Notes under the pieces: model-generated | The model's database searches: none | Seen by the model: the letters and a program-made list of their open reading frames with translations, nothing else | What the model was told of the DNA's origin: nothing | Shown: one piece after another, positions 46,942-59,857 of the stretch | Layout: every line of letters starts with the position of its first letter | Position numbering within the stretch: the first letter of the stretch is position 1 | Position numbers and translations under genes: made by a program | NCBI GenBank assembly: GCA_951406725.2 | Contig: OX597818.1 | Coordinates: forward strand, 7,750,001-7,814,000 | DNA: 64,000 nt | Reading direction: 5' to 3' | Origin: Octopus vulgaris | Lineage: Eukaryota

Positions 46942-47984
46942 GACAACAAAGATATCCAAGGTAGTGTAGTAAAATTGCTTCATGCTACTTACTTCATTGT
47001 ATTAAACACTGTATTACATTAGTTTTAAAATGTCGAGCAATCTTCAGCCACATAGAATTTTTCAATTAAACTGACAATGCACATTCTTATACTTATATCA
47101 TTTGCCAACATTACAAAGAGGGTAGATATGTAGACAGAAAATTTAATTTCATCATTAAGAACATGATGTTAGTATGTTCATTCTCTGTCTGTAGATTTTA
47201 CCACTAAGTTCACTTTGTTATTTAGATCTATCAGTGGGGAAGATTTTTTTAAATTCTTGGTTGAATGGAAACAAACAAGAATTTTTTTCTATTTATAGAT
47301 TGAGGAATGGGTATTACAAATGTCAAAACCATAAATCCATCCTTATATTGGGGGATTTAGTTTAGACATATTTGAATGTATTATAGCAAAAAGCTAGCAG
47401 GCTGAACTTGGTGGGGTAGGGAGAATAAAGACTACTAATGCTCTAGAGGTTTTTCAATGTCCGTTACCATTTAACAGCCAAAGTCTATGTTATGAATTTT
47501 CAGTAAATATTCTTTAGATAATTTTCCAAAGATTTCAATAAATATTAGTAAATTCTATAGGGATAGAAAATATAGAAATCAATTCATATTTATATAAATA
47601 TATATATATATTTCTATTAATGTAGAATCATAATTAGTTAGTAAATAGTGATTTAGTTTATTAATGAGTTGAATTAAAAGAATATACTAGACATAATATT
47701 TACTAACTTTGGAAAATAAAAACCTTATCAATTTAGCACATAAATAGGAGTCAATAAGATATATTAAAAAGTAAAGGAAGGGAGTTAATCAAGATAAGCC
47801 AAATAATTTCCCTAGATATATAGAATTTTTTGCAATCCCTTATAGGAGAGTATCAAAAAATTCTAAATTCACAATATTCAAAATTAATTAATGAAATTTC
47901 TTTGTAATCTATGCAGGTCAAATAGAAGCTAGTATGGTATATTAATTTAAAATCATAACGTCAAGGCGGATGAAATATTCATTT

Positions 47985-48240
47985 CAAACTTTTGGCACAA
48001 CGACAGCAACATCGGGGCAGGGAATTAAAACGGTTACATTGACTCCAGTAGTCAGCTGTTACTTCTTGTATCGACCCTGAAAAGATGAAAAGCAAAACCG
48101 ACCAGGGCTGAAATTGAACTCCCAGTACAAAGATGGAAGAAATACGTGCTGACGACTTTGACAGCTCGCCGCCTTGAAGGACAAAATATTGCTAAGCATT
48201 TTGTCCGGTACTGTAACGATTCAGCCAGCTTGCCGCTTTA
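47985..48240 (-). mobile_element. SINE, family A
   Basis: tatcgaccctgaaagatgaaa...aattgaactc...gctaagcattt...cagcttgccgc. Confidence 0.75.
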
Positions 48241-48973
48241 CCTAGTAGTGTAATATTACAATATGATGAATAATTGTTAAAATGTTTAGACGTGGGAAAT
48301 TCGGTGGAATGAGTATAATGCTAACATTAAAAATTATAATCAAACACGTTTAACTTTGGGAGAGTTCTTATTCAAGAAAGCGATCTAGATATACTGTGTT
48401 AGCCAGTCCAGCTTATGAGACTGTAGTTATAGAATGTGTCTACTTTTAGAATATAATACAGTTGAAGACTGTCCAAGACAACGAGGTCAAGTGTTTTCTA
48501 TAACCTACGATCGGCCAAACACTTGTGAATAGATTTGGTACAGGCAAACTGACATAAGCCCAAGATATGTGTGTTTGTGTGTGTGTGTGTGTGTGAGTTT
48601 ATTTGTGTGTGTTCATAGGTTAGATCTGACTGGTTGTGAACATAAAACAAGTATAATAGTTGGGTCAGATATGACTAGTTTAAATGCCAAAAATTCTAAA
48701 GAGACATTGGAACATGTAACGAATCTTTCCTAACTAGGACACTCAACGACTTGTAGAGGACTTCGCCGTCTACAGGAGGTAAGAAACAGATGTTGATGAT
48801 ACAATAGCTTATTGTTAGTATGACATTGCAAGGTAGGTATGAAAAGCCAGATCTGGCCGGTTGGAATAAAAGAAATGAAAATATTTTGGGCAGGATATGG
48901 TCAGTTTAAATGCTTAAGGTTAAACAAAATTATATTCAGTCGCAAGGTCATTTTTTATTTCCCCATTACTCAT

Positions 48974-49138
48974 AGGCGAATGCGTGGTTGTGTCGTAAGA
49001 AGCTTGCTTTTCAATCACATGGTTCCGGGTTCAGTTCCACTGCGTGACATCTTGCCTAGGTGTATTCTGCTATAGCCTCGGGATGGCCAGAGCTTTGTGA
49101 GTTGATCTGGTAGACGGAAACAGAAAGATACCCGTCAT
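48974..49138 (+). mobile_element. SINE, family B, 5' part; the 3' part resumes at ~49595-49790
   Basis: gtaagaagcttgct...ggttccgggttcagttccactgcg; PLE-type fragments are inserted in its internal (TA)n. Confidence 0.8.
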
Positions 49139-49151
49139 ATGTATGTATGTG

Positions 49152-49197
<46 letters not shown>

Positions 49198-49200
<3 letters not shown>

Positions 49201-49404
49201 ATAATATCGATATTTAAGTATCGATCTTATCAAGTGGCCAGCATGGGAATAAGTAGCATAAAAAGGTATTAATTATTTAAAACTATAAATTAGGGTATCT
49301 GAGAGATACTACCACGCTGAAATAGCTGTCAAGACCCTGACCTTAAAGCCACATTAAATGTTCATATAGCACTAGGGGAGAAGACAGAGAGACACAATAC
49401 ACTA

Positions 49405-49407
<3 letters not shown>
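49198..49407 (+). mobile_element. PLE-type fragment in (TA)n with a degenerate hammerhead
   Basis: GGGTAT-CTGAGAG...GAAAT-AGCT-GTC-AAGACCC at 49293-49337. Confidence 0.5.
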
Positions 49408-49462
<55 letters not shown>

Positions 49463-49554
49463 AATATAAGAGAGTGGTCACTATATGGCTCACTCTAGCA
49501 CCAGTTAATCCAATTCTCTCACCAGTATCTAATTCTCTCACCCTTATTAATTAA

Positions 49555-49597
<43 letters not shown>

Positions 49598-49866
49598 TGT
49601 GTCTGTGTGTTTGTCCCGCACCACTGCTTGACGACTGGAATTGGTGTGTTTACTTCTCCGTAACTTAGCGATTCGGAAAAAAGGGAACGATAGAATAAGT
49701 ACTAGGCTTTAGAAATTAAGTCCTACGGTCGATTTCTTCGACAAAAACTTCCTACACCAGCATGTCCGCAATCAATTGACTGAAGCTTAAAAGATAAAAC
49801 CTAAAATGTATATGTTTGTGTGTTTCTGCGTGCGTTTGTGTGCGTGTGCTTGTGTGTGTATGTATA

Positions 49867-49908
<42 letters not shown>

Positions 49909-49921
49909 GATATATCTGTCC

Positions 49922-49953
<32 letters not shown>

Positions 49954-51329
49954 ATATATATGTGTGTGTATATATATATATATTTTTTATTTTAACTAGT
50001 TTCAGCTCACGAGCTGTGGCCATACTGGGGCGCCGCTATTTGGTGTTGCTACATGATTTTACTTCACGGATGCTTTTTAGCAATTGCCATTTGGTGCATA
50101 TATATATGCATATAAACAATTTATGTAAATATGAGCTTGAATATACATACGCACATAAACACACTCGTTCATACTTTTATATATATTTGTGTGTGGACAT
50201 TTATATGGACATTGATATTGAAATTTTTGACTGATTTTACTGATATAATACTTTAAGTAATTCTTGTTGACTTAATCACTTACGTCTTAGGAACCCCACT
50301 GTGAATAGTTAGAAAAGAAACTCATTATATTAATGCTTTATTGTAATATTTCATTCTGGATAGTTTTAAAATGTTGAAGCTCTAACACTGAAGACTTCAA
50401 ACATATTTCTATCAATACATAATGTTTGTAGTAGGAACTCTCAAGCGATTTTATATCTGCTTGTATGTCAGTCATTAGTTACATAAAGTTTACATTATGT
50501 TTATTATCGTCCAGTTTATGTATATACTATATTTTTCATGTCACAGATACAGATCTTCCTCTCAGAAATGAACAAACGTTATTTCATTTCCTAAATTCAA
50601 TCTTCCATCATGAAATTCAATTAGACAGACAAAAGAAACAAATGCATTGACGAATCTGAACACCATATCTCTGGCTTGTTGCACGACCGCATTACGAAGT
50701 ACACAACATTCAGCATGTCGCCCACGGGCGATGTTTTGCCAAAGACCGTTTCTTTATTTCCTGTCTGGAATTGCTAGTTATAATGCTTGCGGTAATTTTG
50801 CGGGGCCGTTAATTCATTTCTTAAATTAATTTGGATACATATAACTAATATCAAAATGAAATTACAAATCGGACACATCGTATAGACACAAAAAAGAGAC
50901 TTGGGCTGTAATAGTGTTGTTCTTTGCGCGTCAGTTGTTCACATGATATACTGTAAAATTAGATACTTGATACAAACAGGATAAGAGTATATTTATTCCA
51001 CGCATTTTTCTCTCAGGAGCAGTATTTATGTTTTCATATCATGTCCTCATATCTAATGTATTTCTTTATCACTCGTTTCAGCTTCATCTGTATTTTCTTA
51101 CTCTCTTCTAAAATTTCATGTCATATAAAGCATTGAATAAATTAATAAGTGACTTATCTATTGACAGTTCAGAGTTCTAAATTTATTACTGATACAGATT
51201 ATTCAGAGATGCGCCGTACCAAGGTATGTCTTCGATATAATCGATACATTAAATCTATTTTTTCTTCTGGTACTACTGTCATTCATTGTCTTGTAGATCT
51301 CATCGTCCTCATACACGGGGAAAAATACA

Positions 51330-51392
<63 letters not shown>

Positions 51393-51427
51393 AATAATGA
51401 TGATGATGATGATGATGATGATAATAA
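51330..51427. repeat. (AAT)n/(GAT)n microsatellite
   Basis: Visible tandem units. Confidence 0.93.
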
Positions 51428-51559
51428 AGCAATAAGAAGAGCGCGACTGTTATTGATAATAAATAGAGATTGATTCTGTTTATTAAAATGAAAATGAAAC
51501 CAATGAACAATATTTCGATACTCTGTGTCTTTTAAGAGGTCAAACTATAAAATGAAATG

Positions 51560-52845
51560 AAATTCAAAGATAGGAAACGCTGAAACATTCAAAATCAAAC
51601 TCGAATAACTACGTTTCTTTCCATGTAAAACGACGTCATCAGTCTTCGGTCTTTAACAAAAGGTAGCAGAACGAAGGAAAGAAAGAAAAAAAGAATTGTG
51701 GAAAAGAAATATTCAGTCAAAACGTTTAGCGTAAATATGGTGGTATTCACCTGCTATTTTAGTAATTTTTCCAGGCTGAGATGCCAACAGTTCACAAATA
51801 TATCTATGCTCTTGGGTTTTGAGGACTGAAAGAGTAGTGGAGTGAGGGTATTTTTTGAGAATGTGCACCTTCAGGTCTTCCTCAGATTTACATCCGTTGG
51901 ATGTGAAATGCTCCGCAAGTCCGTGGAACCGCTGTTATTGTCTGACGTCGTACCTATGTCCGTTAAATCTTTTCTGTAATCGTTCTGTTGTGCAACCAAC
52001 ATAATTTATTTCGCATTTGGAGCATTCCGTTGCATACACGAAATGGGAATCCTTACAGTTCCATCATTCTGTGTAAATCATAACATTCTAATAGGTGTTA
52101 TTGTGGGGTGCAGCGCTCAGAAACTCCAATAGTTAGATATACTGGTCAATATTTCTTTAATATTTCTATCACGTCTAAAGGCTATAATAGGCCGAGAAGG
52201 TAATATTTGTAGGAAATGAGGATATTTTTTGCGAAAAATGTTGGTAACTGTCATGCAACACTTGAAATGCCAGCGAAAGTTTGGTGCCAGTTAATCACTA
52301 AAAGAATTCCGCCATAAGCCCTTTTATGCCTGCTAAAATTTGGCGTCAAAGTTTGATTATCACTACTAATTTCAGTTATGTTATTTGCGATTTTCTTTAA
52401 TCGTGAGTCACTATAACCGCTCCTTATACAATGGCGCACAAAAGCATTTGCATGTTTCCAATAATCCCCAATGTCTGTGCAAATATGTTTTATCCTCAAA
52501 ATCTAGGACTTCGATCTGATTGTATGATGTGGATATTCAGAACGGCGGTAGAGAAAAATATAGAATTATGTGGTTTTGCCAAATGATTCTGTGCCTATTC
52601 TGCCTTCCGAAAACTTAAATTTGTGTCAAAAAATTCGACGCTAGTTTTTGAAAAGTTCGACGTGAATTTTATTTTGGACTTAAAGACATAGTCTTCCGCC
52701 AAGCAGTCACAGGAATATAAAATTTGACTAAACTATCCTGTGTTCTTTCCCAGACAAAGAAAGCGTCGTCAATGAACCATACAGGGATTCGAAAGTCTCC
52801 ATTAATTGCGTTTCAAATTTTACCATGAAGATATTTGCAAAATTA
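51560..52845 (-). mobile_element. Penelope-like element, 5'-truncated and degraded
   Basis: NFANIFM..FE and WFIDDAFFVW (RT); WNCKDSHFVYATECSKCEINYVGCTTERLQKRFNGH...LAEHF (GIY-YIG with CCHH). A hammerhead remnant lies at 51601-51649. Confidence 0.88.
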
Positions 52846-52991
52846 ACTACCATAGCATCCCATGACCAAGCCAGAATAACCAAGACAACGTTAGCTGAAA
52901 AGAACGAATAGTATTGTACCGTAGGCTACAGGTAGGAAGCCCGCAACGTATGCGGAACTGCAGGATTTCCAACAAAACCAGTGATAAAGAG

Positions 52992-53009
52992 ATAATGATA
53001 ATATTATTA

Positions 53010-53049
<40 letters not shown>

Positions 53050-53071
53050 CATTGTTGTTGCTGTTGTTGTT

Positions 53072-53159
<88 letters not shown>

Positions 53160-53172
53160 GCAACAACAACAA
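52992..53172. repeat. (ATT)n-(GTT)n-(AAT)n strand-switching microsatellite
   Basis: Visible tandem units. Confidence 0.93.
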
Positions 53173-53175
53173 TAA

Positions 53176-53391
53176 ACCTTTCTACTATAGACACATGGTC
53201 TGAAAGTTGGTTGGGTGGGGTTAAGTCAATTATATCGACCCCAGTACTCAACCAGTACTTAATTTATCGGCCCCGAAAGAATGAAAGGCAAAGTCGACTT
53301 CGGTAGAATTTGAACCCAGAACATAGCGACTGGCGAAATACCGCTAAGCATATTGTTTAGCGTGCTAACGATTCTGCCAGCTTGCCGCCTT
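53176..53391 (-). mobile_element. SINE, family A
   Basis: Reverse complement of the family A head and core. Confidence 0.85.
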
Positions 53392-53409
53392 CAATAATGA
53401 TATTAATAA

Positions 53410-53440
<31 letters not shown>

Positions 53441-53463
53441 TAATAATAGTAATAATAATAATA

Positions 53464-53530
<67 letters not shown>

Positions 53531-53532
<2 letters not shown>

Positions 53533-55570
53533 GATCAACTAATGATTAATAAAGCCGTAACTGAAGACAGCCACAGAAAGAAGAAAGGCCTCAGTATGGC
53601 CTGGATTGACTCACAAAAAGGCGTTTGATAGCATCCCCCACACATGGATCCTCGAAACACTAGCCATTAACAAAGTAGCACCAACAATCATAAAATTCAT
53701 AGAGCACTCTATGAATAAATGGCAAACAGTCCTACACCTCCAAACAAAAGAGGGACTCATGAAAACCAAAGACATCCCCATTAGGAGAGGAATATTCCAG
53801 GGAGACACGCTCTCTCCACTCCTTTTCTGCTTGGCACTGTCACCTCTATCTGATATGCTAAATAGAACTGGATGCGGATATAAATGTTACGGCAAAACGA
53901 TCAGCCAACTTTTATATATGGATGACCTAAAACTATACGCTGAAAATGACAAACAGCTGGAAACACTATTAAAGACAGTTCATGGATTTACCAAAGAAAT
54001 AGATATGAAATTTGGATTAGAAAAATGCGCTAAAGTAACCATGAAAAGAGGAAAACTAGTTAAGAGTAACAGCATCACACTAGATAAAACCAATGAAATA
54101 AAAGAATTAGGCCAAAGCCAAACTTACAAATACTTAGGAATCCATGAACTAGACAAGACACAACACACACAAATGAAAGAGAAAATAAAAAAAGAATATT
54201 ATAGACGAGTTAGATCAATACTAAAAACAGAGCTCAATGCTAAAAACAAGATAATAGGTATCAACACTTTAGCTGTCCCAGTTATAAGTTACATCTACAA
54301 TATCCTTAACTGGACACAAAATGAACTGTCCAAAACAGATAGGAAAACAAGAAAAATAATGACAGGATCTAGGATGCATCACCCAAAATCTGACATAGAA
54401 AGACTATATACACAACGTATAGAAGGTGGTAGAGGCCTTATACAGCTGGAAAACTACGATAAAATAACCACCATAGGACTGCAAAAATATCTACTTCAGA
54501 AAGAAGGAAAACTGATACAAATAGCACCAAAACACGAGCAAGACAAAAAACTGTTCTCAGTATTTAAGGAAGCTGACAAATACAAACAAGAAATCATACC
54601 ACCTAATAAACATGAAGAAGAAGAAGAAGATGATGAAGAAACAACAAAAGCTATAAAACAAATGAAATCCAAACTAAAAATAGAACAGCAACGAACCATG
54701 ATAAAACGATGGCAAGAAAAGCCCCCTCATGGTAAATACTGCACTAAACTAAACGCAAAAGAAATAGACAAAGAAAAATTCCAGCAATGGTTGAGCTCAG
54801 GACTCAAAGCAGAAACAGAGGGATTTTTAATTGCAGCACAAGACTAAAGCCTCCCCACCAGAAATTACCAAAAACACGTAATGAAAAGAAATATTACAAG
54901 TAACTGCAGAATATATGGAGATGGACAAGAAACAATAAATCATATTACCTCTAGCTGCCCAGTCCTGGGTAAGAAGGAATATATTCACAGACATGACAGA
55001 GTTGGAACCTACATACATTGGAAGCTATGCCAACATTATGGAATAACAACAGAAAAAAGATGGTATAGGCACACACCAGAAAAGGTCACAGAAAACGAGA
55101 AAGCAACCATACTCTGGGATATGCCGATACACACAGATAGAGAAATTAAGGCCAACAGATCAGATATAGTTGTCAGAGATCATGAAGTAAAAAAATGCTT
55201 TCTAATTGATGTATCAATACCGGCAGATGACAACGTGTCTCTAAAAGAAATGGAGAAACTCTCAAAATACAAATACCTGGAAATAGAGGTAACTAGAATG
55301 TGGAATCTGACAACAAAAACAATTCCTATCATAGGATAAAAACATATGATAAAAACATATTCAGATAAATACATAACAAAAACACCAGGACTTACAAACA
55401 CATATAACATACAGAAAATTGCACTACTAGGCACTGCACACATCCTACGCAGAACACTTTCCATACAATAACCATCAGAGCATCACAACAAATCACAGCA
55501 CATACCCAAGGCACACAGAGCTGCGCTCGGTAGTGAAGTGAAAGCACGCTATAAAAATAAAACTACTGAA
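53531..55570 (+). mobile_element. R4/Dong-like LINE copy D, 5'-truncated
   Basis: A 413-codon open RT segment at 53606-54847 (FQGDTLSP, YMDD), then REL at 54881-55339. (AAT)n lies at 53394-53532 and 55572-55596. Confidence 0.96.
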
Positions 55571-55784
55571 CAATAATAATAATAATAATAATAATAGTCA
55601 AGATGAAGATGATGATGATGATGATGATGAGGATGCTGATGATAATCTTATTAATGTGCATGCTAGTTAAATATTTGAGAGTTGCTTAAAAAGATCCAAC
55701 ATAGAATTTTAACTTTTGATGATTTCTAAAGAATATTTCAATAAACTATATGAAATTTTCCTTCATCAAACCACATATAGTAAA

Positions 55785-56005
55785 TAAGTGAGCTGGTAGA
55801 ATCTTTAACTCGTTGTACAAAATGCCTAGCGAAATTTTTTTCCGGCAATCTACGGTCCGAGTTGTAAATAAGCGATGGTCAACTGTATCTTTCATCCTTT
55901 CGTTGTCGATAAATTAAGTACCACCCGAAAAATGAGGTGTGATTTACTCCACTTACTTACCTCTCTGCAAAATTGCTGGCTTTCTTTCAAACTTTTCAGT
56001 CATTA
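55785..56005 (+). mobile_element. SINE, family A, degenerate
   Basis: gagctggtagaatc...tttcatcctttcg..gtcgataaattaagtacca. Confidence 0.7.
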
Positions 56006-57332
56006 TTATTAAAAATAATTCTTATTTAATGTCTGCAAGTGCCGCAAAAATTATTTGGGACTGTAGAAACGGCGTTGGGAGTTTACATAAAACCACTTTA
56101 AAACAATAAACGCTTACCATAAATAATTCTAAAAAAAAATTTCAATAGGGAGAATCACCACACTGGAATAACGTAGAAAGCTCGCAAATCACGAAAGACA
56201 CTAATTTCCAGGAAGCCCGTGGTGAATACACTTTTCCCCTGCGTCGTCTTCAGTCTATAAGTGCCAGCTAGGCAAACTTGGGCAATCTTAGCCACATTTC
56301 CCCCTATTTCAACAAAATTATTTTGGTGTATGTATGTGTGTCTCGGATCTGAGAAGAACTTTCATCTGAACCTTTACATTCTTTTTCTAAAGGAATTTTA
56401 GAATGTCGATTCAGTCTCGTACACCATACAGACTCTTTGTCATGAACACAAGATAAAGGAAAACTGTCTCCCCTCCCTCGCCACATTGGAGTTGGCCGAT
56501 AGCTGGATCCTTCCGACATGTGGTGGCAGCACTTTGACATAATTCTACAAGTCAACAAACGATTGGGAACACTACGAGCGCGTCAAACAAATGGTAAGCA
56601 CGAATGCTAGCTGTTATAGAAATACTGGAGTATTTGCTTTTACGAGTGCCGATCTTTCTGTCCACCAAGCAAATATCTCCCCACAGTTCAGCGATCCAGG
56701 TTGAGGTCCCGAAACCACCTGCTTTGAAGGCAGCCACTAATTCTTAAATACATCGTTCTATGAATATCACGTTAAGTGGTGGTCGTCGCGAATACATCTG
56801 CGTCGTATGTCACATGTCTGTGCCTCAACTACCAGAGTATGATAATACCTTGGCTCCAACATTTAACTCTGCATTTGGTACATTTATGAGTTTGAAGTAG
56901 TTAAAATCATTTCCTTGTTTGAATTAGTTCTCAGCAGTACTACTAGAACAGTTTTTGCAGAACTGGGAATTTTCCTTTTCTGCAACGTGTTTCAGTACAC
57001 ATATACTAATAGAGACCCCTGAACAAGTGAGGGATATAAAGATAAACCTTGTAAGGCAACGCATCCAGCTCCATTGAATTGCCCATCGTTCTGTCAGCTA
57101 TTTTTTGCCTTATTTCCTCAAATTTTAGCAGAATTTTGCAGAACTAAGTATGACTTGTCCAGAGATACTGGAGAGCGGTAAAGTCCATCCTTATCTGCTG
57201 TCTACCGTCTCCTCTAAACACTTCAGCAAAGTGCCACATAATAGTCTATTTGGGCTCAAGTTGTTACTCCTCCGTCTCACTGTCTTTTTGCCTTAGCCCC
57301 TTACTATGTCTTCTCCTTCTTTCCAGCAATAT

Positions 57333-57364
<32 letters not shown>

Positions 57365-57859
57365 CTAGTCAACTTGATAGCCGACTGTCTTTCCTTCTTG
57401 GTAGTATCTTAATTTTCATCTACTTATTTATTTCGTTATTTATTTTTATTTTTTCTTTAATACACATTCAACCTTATCATCGTTTTAATTTTTTGATTTG
57501 TTCTTCCTCTTTATATTTTAATAACTTTTAGTATCTTCTTTTCGATAAGGTCTGCCTCCTTTTCCATATTTTTAAACTTGTTTTTACGTATTTCGTATTT
57601 TAACACCTAAATCATTTTTTTAAAATCTTTAATCGACTTAACTTAATGTTTATCTAATTTTCATTTACGGTAATTCGCTTTTAAACGTCAGTAAGCCGTT
57701 ATTTTAAAATGTAGCTGCGAAACCAGCTTTATACGATAGGTTAGTATTCATGAAATCTTATAAACTATAATAATGCTCAGAATACATGACAATGTGTGAA
57801 GAACAGTTACCTAAACCTCTGAGTAACAGCTTAGCTCTTGCTTTTTATCGTTTACTTCT

Positions 57860-58075
57860 CTTAGTCATTGGGCAGCAGCCATACTGGTGTACATCATTGA
57901 AGTCTTTCGTCGACCCCAGTATTTTTTCTCAAACCTGGTGCTTATTCTATAGATTTCATCTGAATCCCATAGAAATTTTATGTTACGGGAGGGTAAAACA
58001 ACCAGCACCGACCATGAAGTAATGTTGGGGTAAAGACATATACAAGGATGAGCGGCAAACACACACATACATATA
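57860..58075 (-). mobile_element. SINE, family B, 3' part, degenerate
   Basis: gtcgaccccagta...gttacgg...taaaacaaccagcacc matches 49610-49790 in reverse. Confidence 0.6.
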
Positions 58076-58087
58076 TATACATATTCA

Positions 58088-58270
58088 CGTAGCCACTTTC
58101 TTCCGGCTATCTCATCATGTTAAACCGATAATCCCTACGCAATTTTCTCTCTCCTTTTGTTTTCTCACTCAATTTTCCCCCTCTCAATCATTTCTATCGA
58201 AGAGCGTAGGTTCGAAACATCAAAGGCTTTTCCATTCTTCCCGAGTATTTGACTAATACACCTGCTTTTG
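58088..58270 (+). mobile_element. Hammerhead-like dispersed repeat, copy 3 (degenerate)
   Basis: tttctatcgaagagcgtaggttcgaaacatcaaagg...ctaataca.ctg. Confidence 0.65.
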
Positions 58271-58633
58271 GTCGGCATGGGACAATATGGCAGAAACAAG
58301 CACGAAGTGCCACACAGTAGGACAGAAGCTAAATCCATGTTAAAGACCTGCGCTAAGAATACACAACTACACCTGTACTAATGCTTCGCAGCTACAATTC
58401 CACACATACCACATGCCCACATCTTCACATATATTTCATTACTTTTGTTTCTTTACTCTGCTTCGCTATTCGATCAAAATCTTAGAACATTGCATCGTTC
58501 TAAATAGCCACAAATGGCGGTGCCCCAGCATGGCCACTGCTCATGAGCTGAAACTAGAATCAATCAATGTCATGAGACAGTCTTGAGATTCAAAGTAACA
58601 ATATCTGATTACATACAGCATAAATAAAATTTG

Positions 58634-58705
<72 letters not shown>

Positions 58706-58727
58706 TGTGTGTGTGTGCCCCTATATA

Positions 58728-59857
58728 CGAGGGTGGACTGAAAAGTTCATAGGGTGGCTATGAGGTAGTAACGATACTTTAATTTCAACTTCCCTTATTA
58801 ATAATTGCTTTGTTTTTCCAAGTAAACTGACTGTATAACGAAAGCTTCAAAAGTAACTAGCAGTAACCTGTCTTGAAAATGAACAAAATTTGGCATCGTG
58901 GTGTTACCAAGTATCTGCTGGAAAAGGTTTAGCCCGGAAGGGAATTCATTCTGACGTGGTTGCTACATAAGGGAATGATGCTCCATCGTTACCAGCTGTG
59001 CAAATGTGGGCAACTGAATTTGACCGGGGAAGGATGAATCTTGAAGATGATCCAAGGTGTGATCCCGTTCATTATATGACGATAGATGATGGTTGATCAG
59101 CTATAAATCAAATGGTCAATGCTATGTGCATATCCCTTGAGAGAGTTCAGAATATTCTGGGATAGTGAACTTGGCATGACAAAGGTTTCTGCTTAGTGGG
59201 TGTCACGTCTTCTGATCAAGCGTAAAAGCTTGATCACATCAATGGAAAATATGACGTTGTTTGAGCCTTAATCAGCGGGTTTCGTTGAACGTTTTTTAAC
59301 CCAGGATGAGTTATCCCACTTTGAGCCAGAGAGAAAAAGAAATGTCAATGTAGTCGGAAACAACCATCTATACCTGTTCCAAAGAAAACTACGTTCGTTT
59401 CGTAAGAAGAGGGGGTGACGGACTTAGTTTTTTCGGGGATACACAAGACCGCACCATTAACGAGGAGTTATATGTCAACTTTCTGAGGAAGTTGCTAAAA
59501 CCTACCCAACGAGCACTAATCTGACGAAAGTAGATTTTTTTTAATCAGGACATACTCCAGTATTGGTTTCAATGCCTATTGTGTGTCATTGAATTGTAGA
59601 TCAGCCTCCCTAATCTCCATTTGGCTCCATCTGACAATCATCTCTTCTCCAAAATAAAAAAAAGTGTGCTTGGCTGTGAACCTGTATAGGATGTAATATC
59701 TTCTGTTGTTTGATCAAGATGAAAGCTTCTTCACCGATGGCAGCCAGCACAGCGACACTGATGGACAGGAAGAGGGACTAAGTTGCAAATACACCTAATT
59801 TTGTCACATTCCATAGGAGTATCTTGGTTAGCCCATGAACTTTTCAGCTGACCCTCG
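58728..59857 (+). mobile_element. mariner transposon relic
   Basis: TIRs TA|CGAGGGTGGACTGAAAAGTTCATAGG and CCCATGAACTTTTCAGCTGACCCTCG|TA, with remnants of LEDDPR, WVSRLL, TQDE and LAPSDNHLF. Confidence 0.92.

Noticed and set aside
47250-47930. AT-rich stretch that might be a PLE N-terminal region
   Set aside because: No diagnostic motif could be read, so it is left unassigned.
53606-54847. 413-aa RT ORF as a functional or domesticated gene
   Set aside because: It is 5'-truncated and frameshifted at WIDY, has a stop before the endonuclease and a lost Cys (CRIYG), and is one of several near-identical copies.
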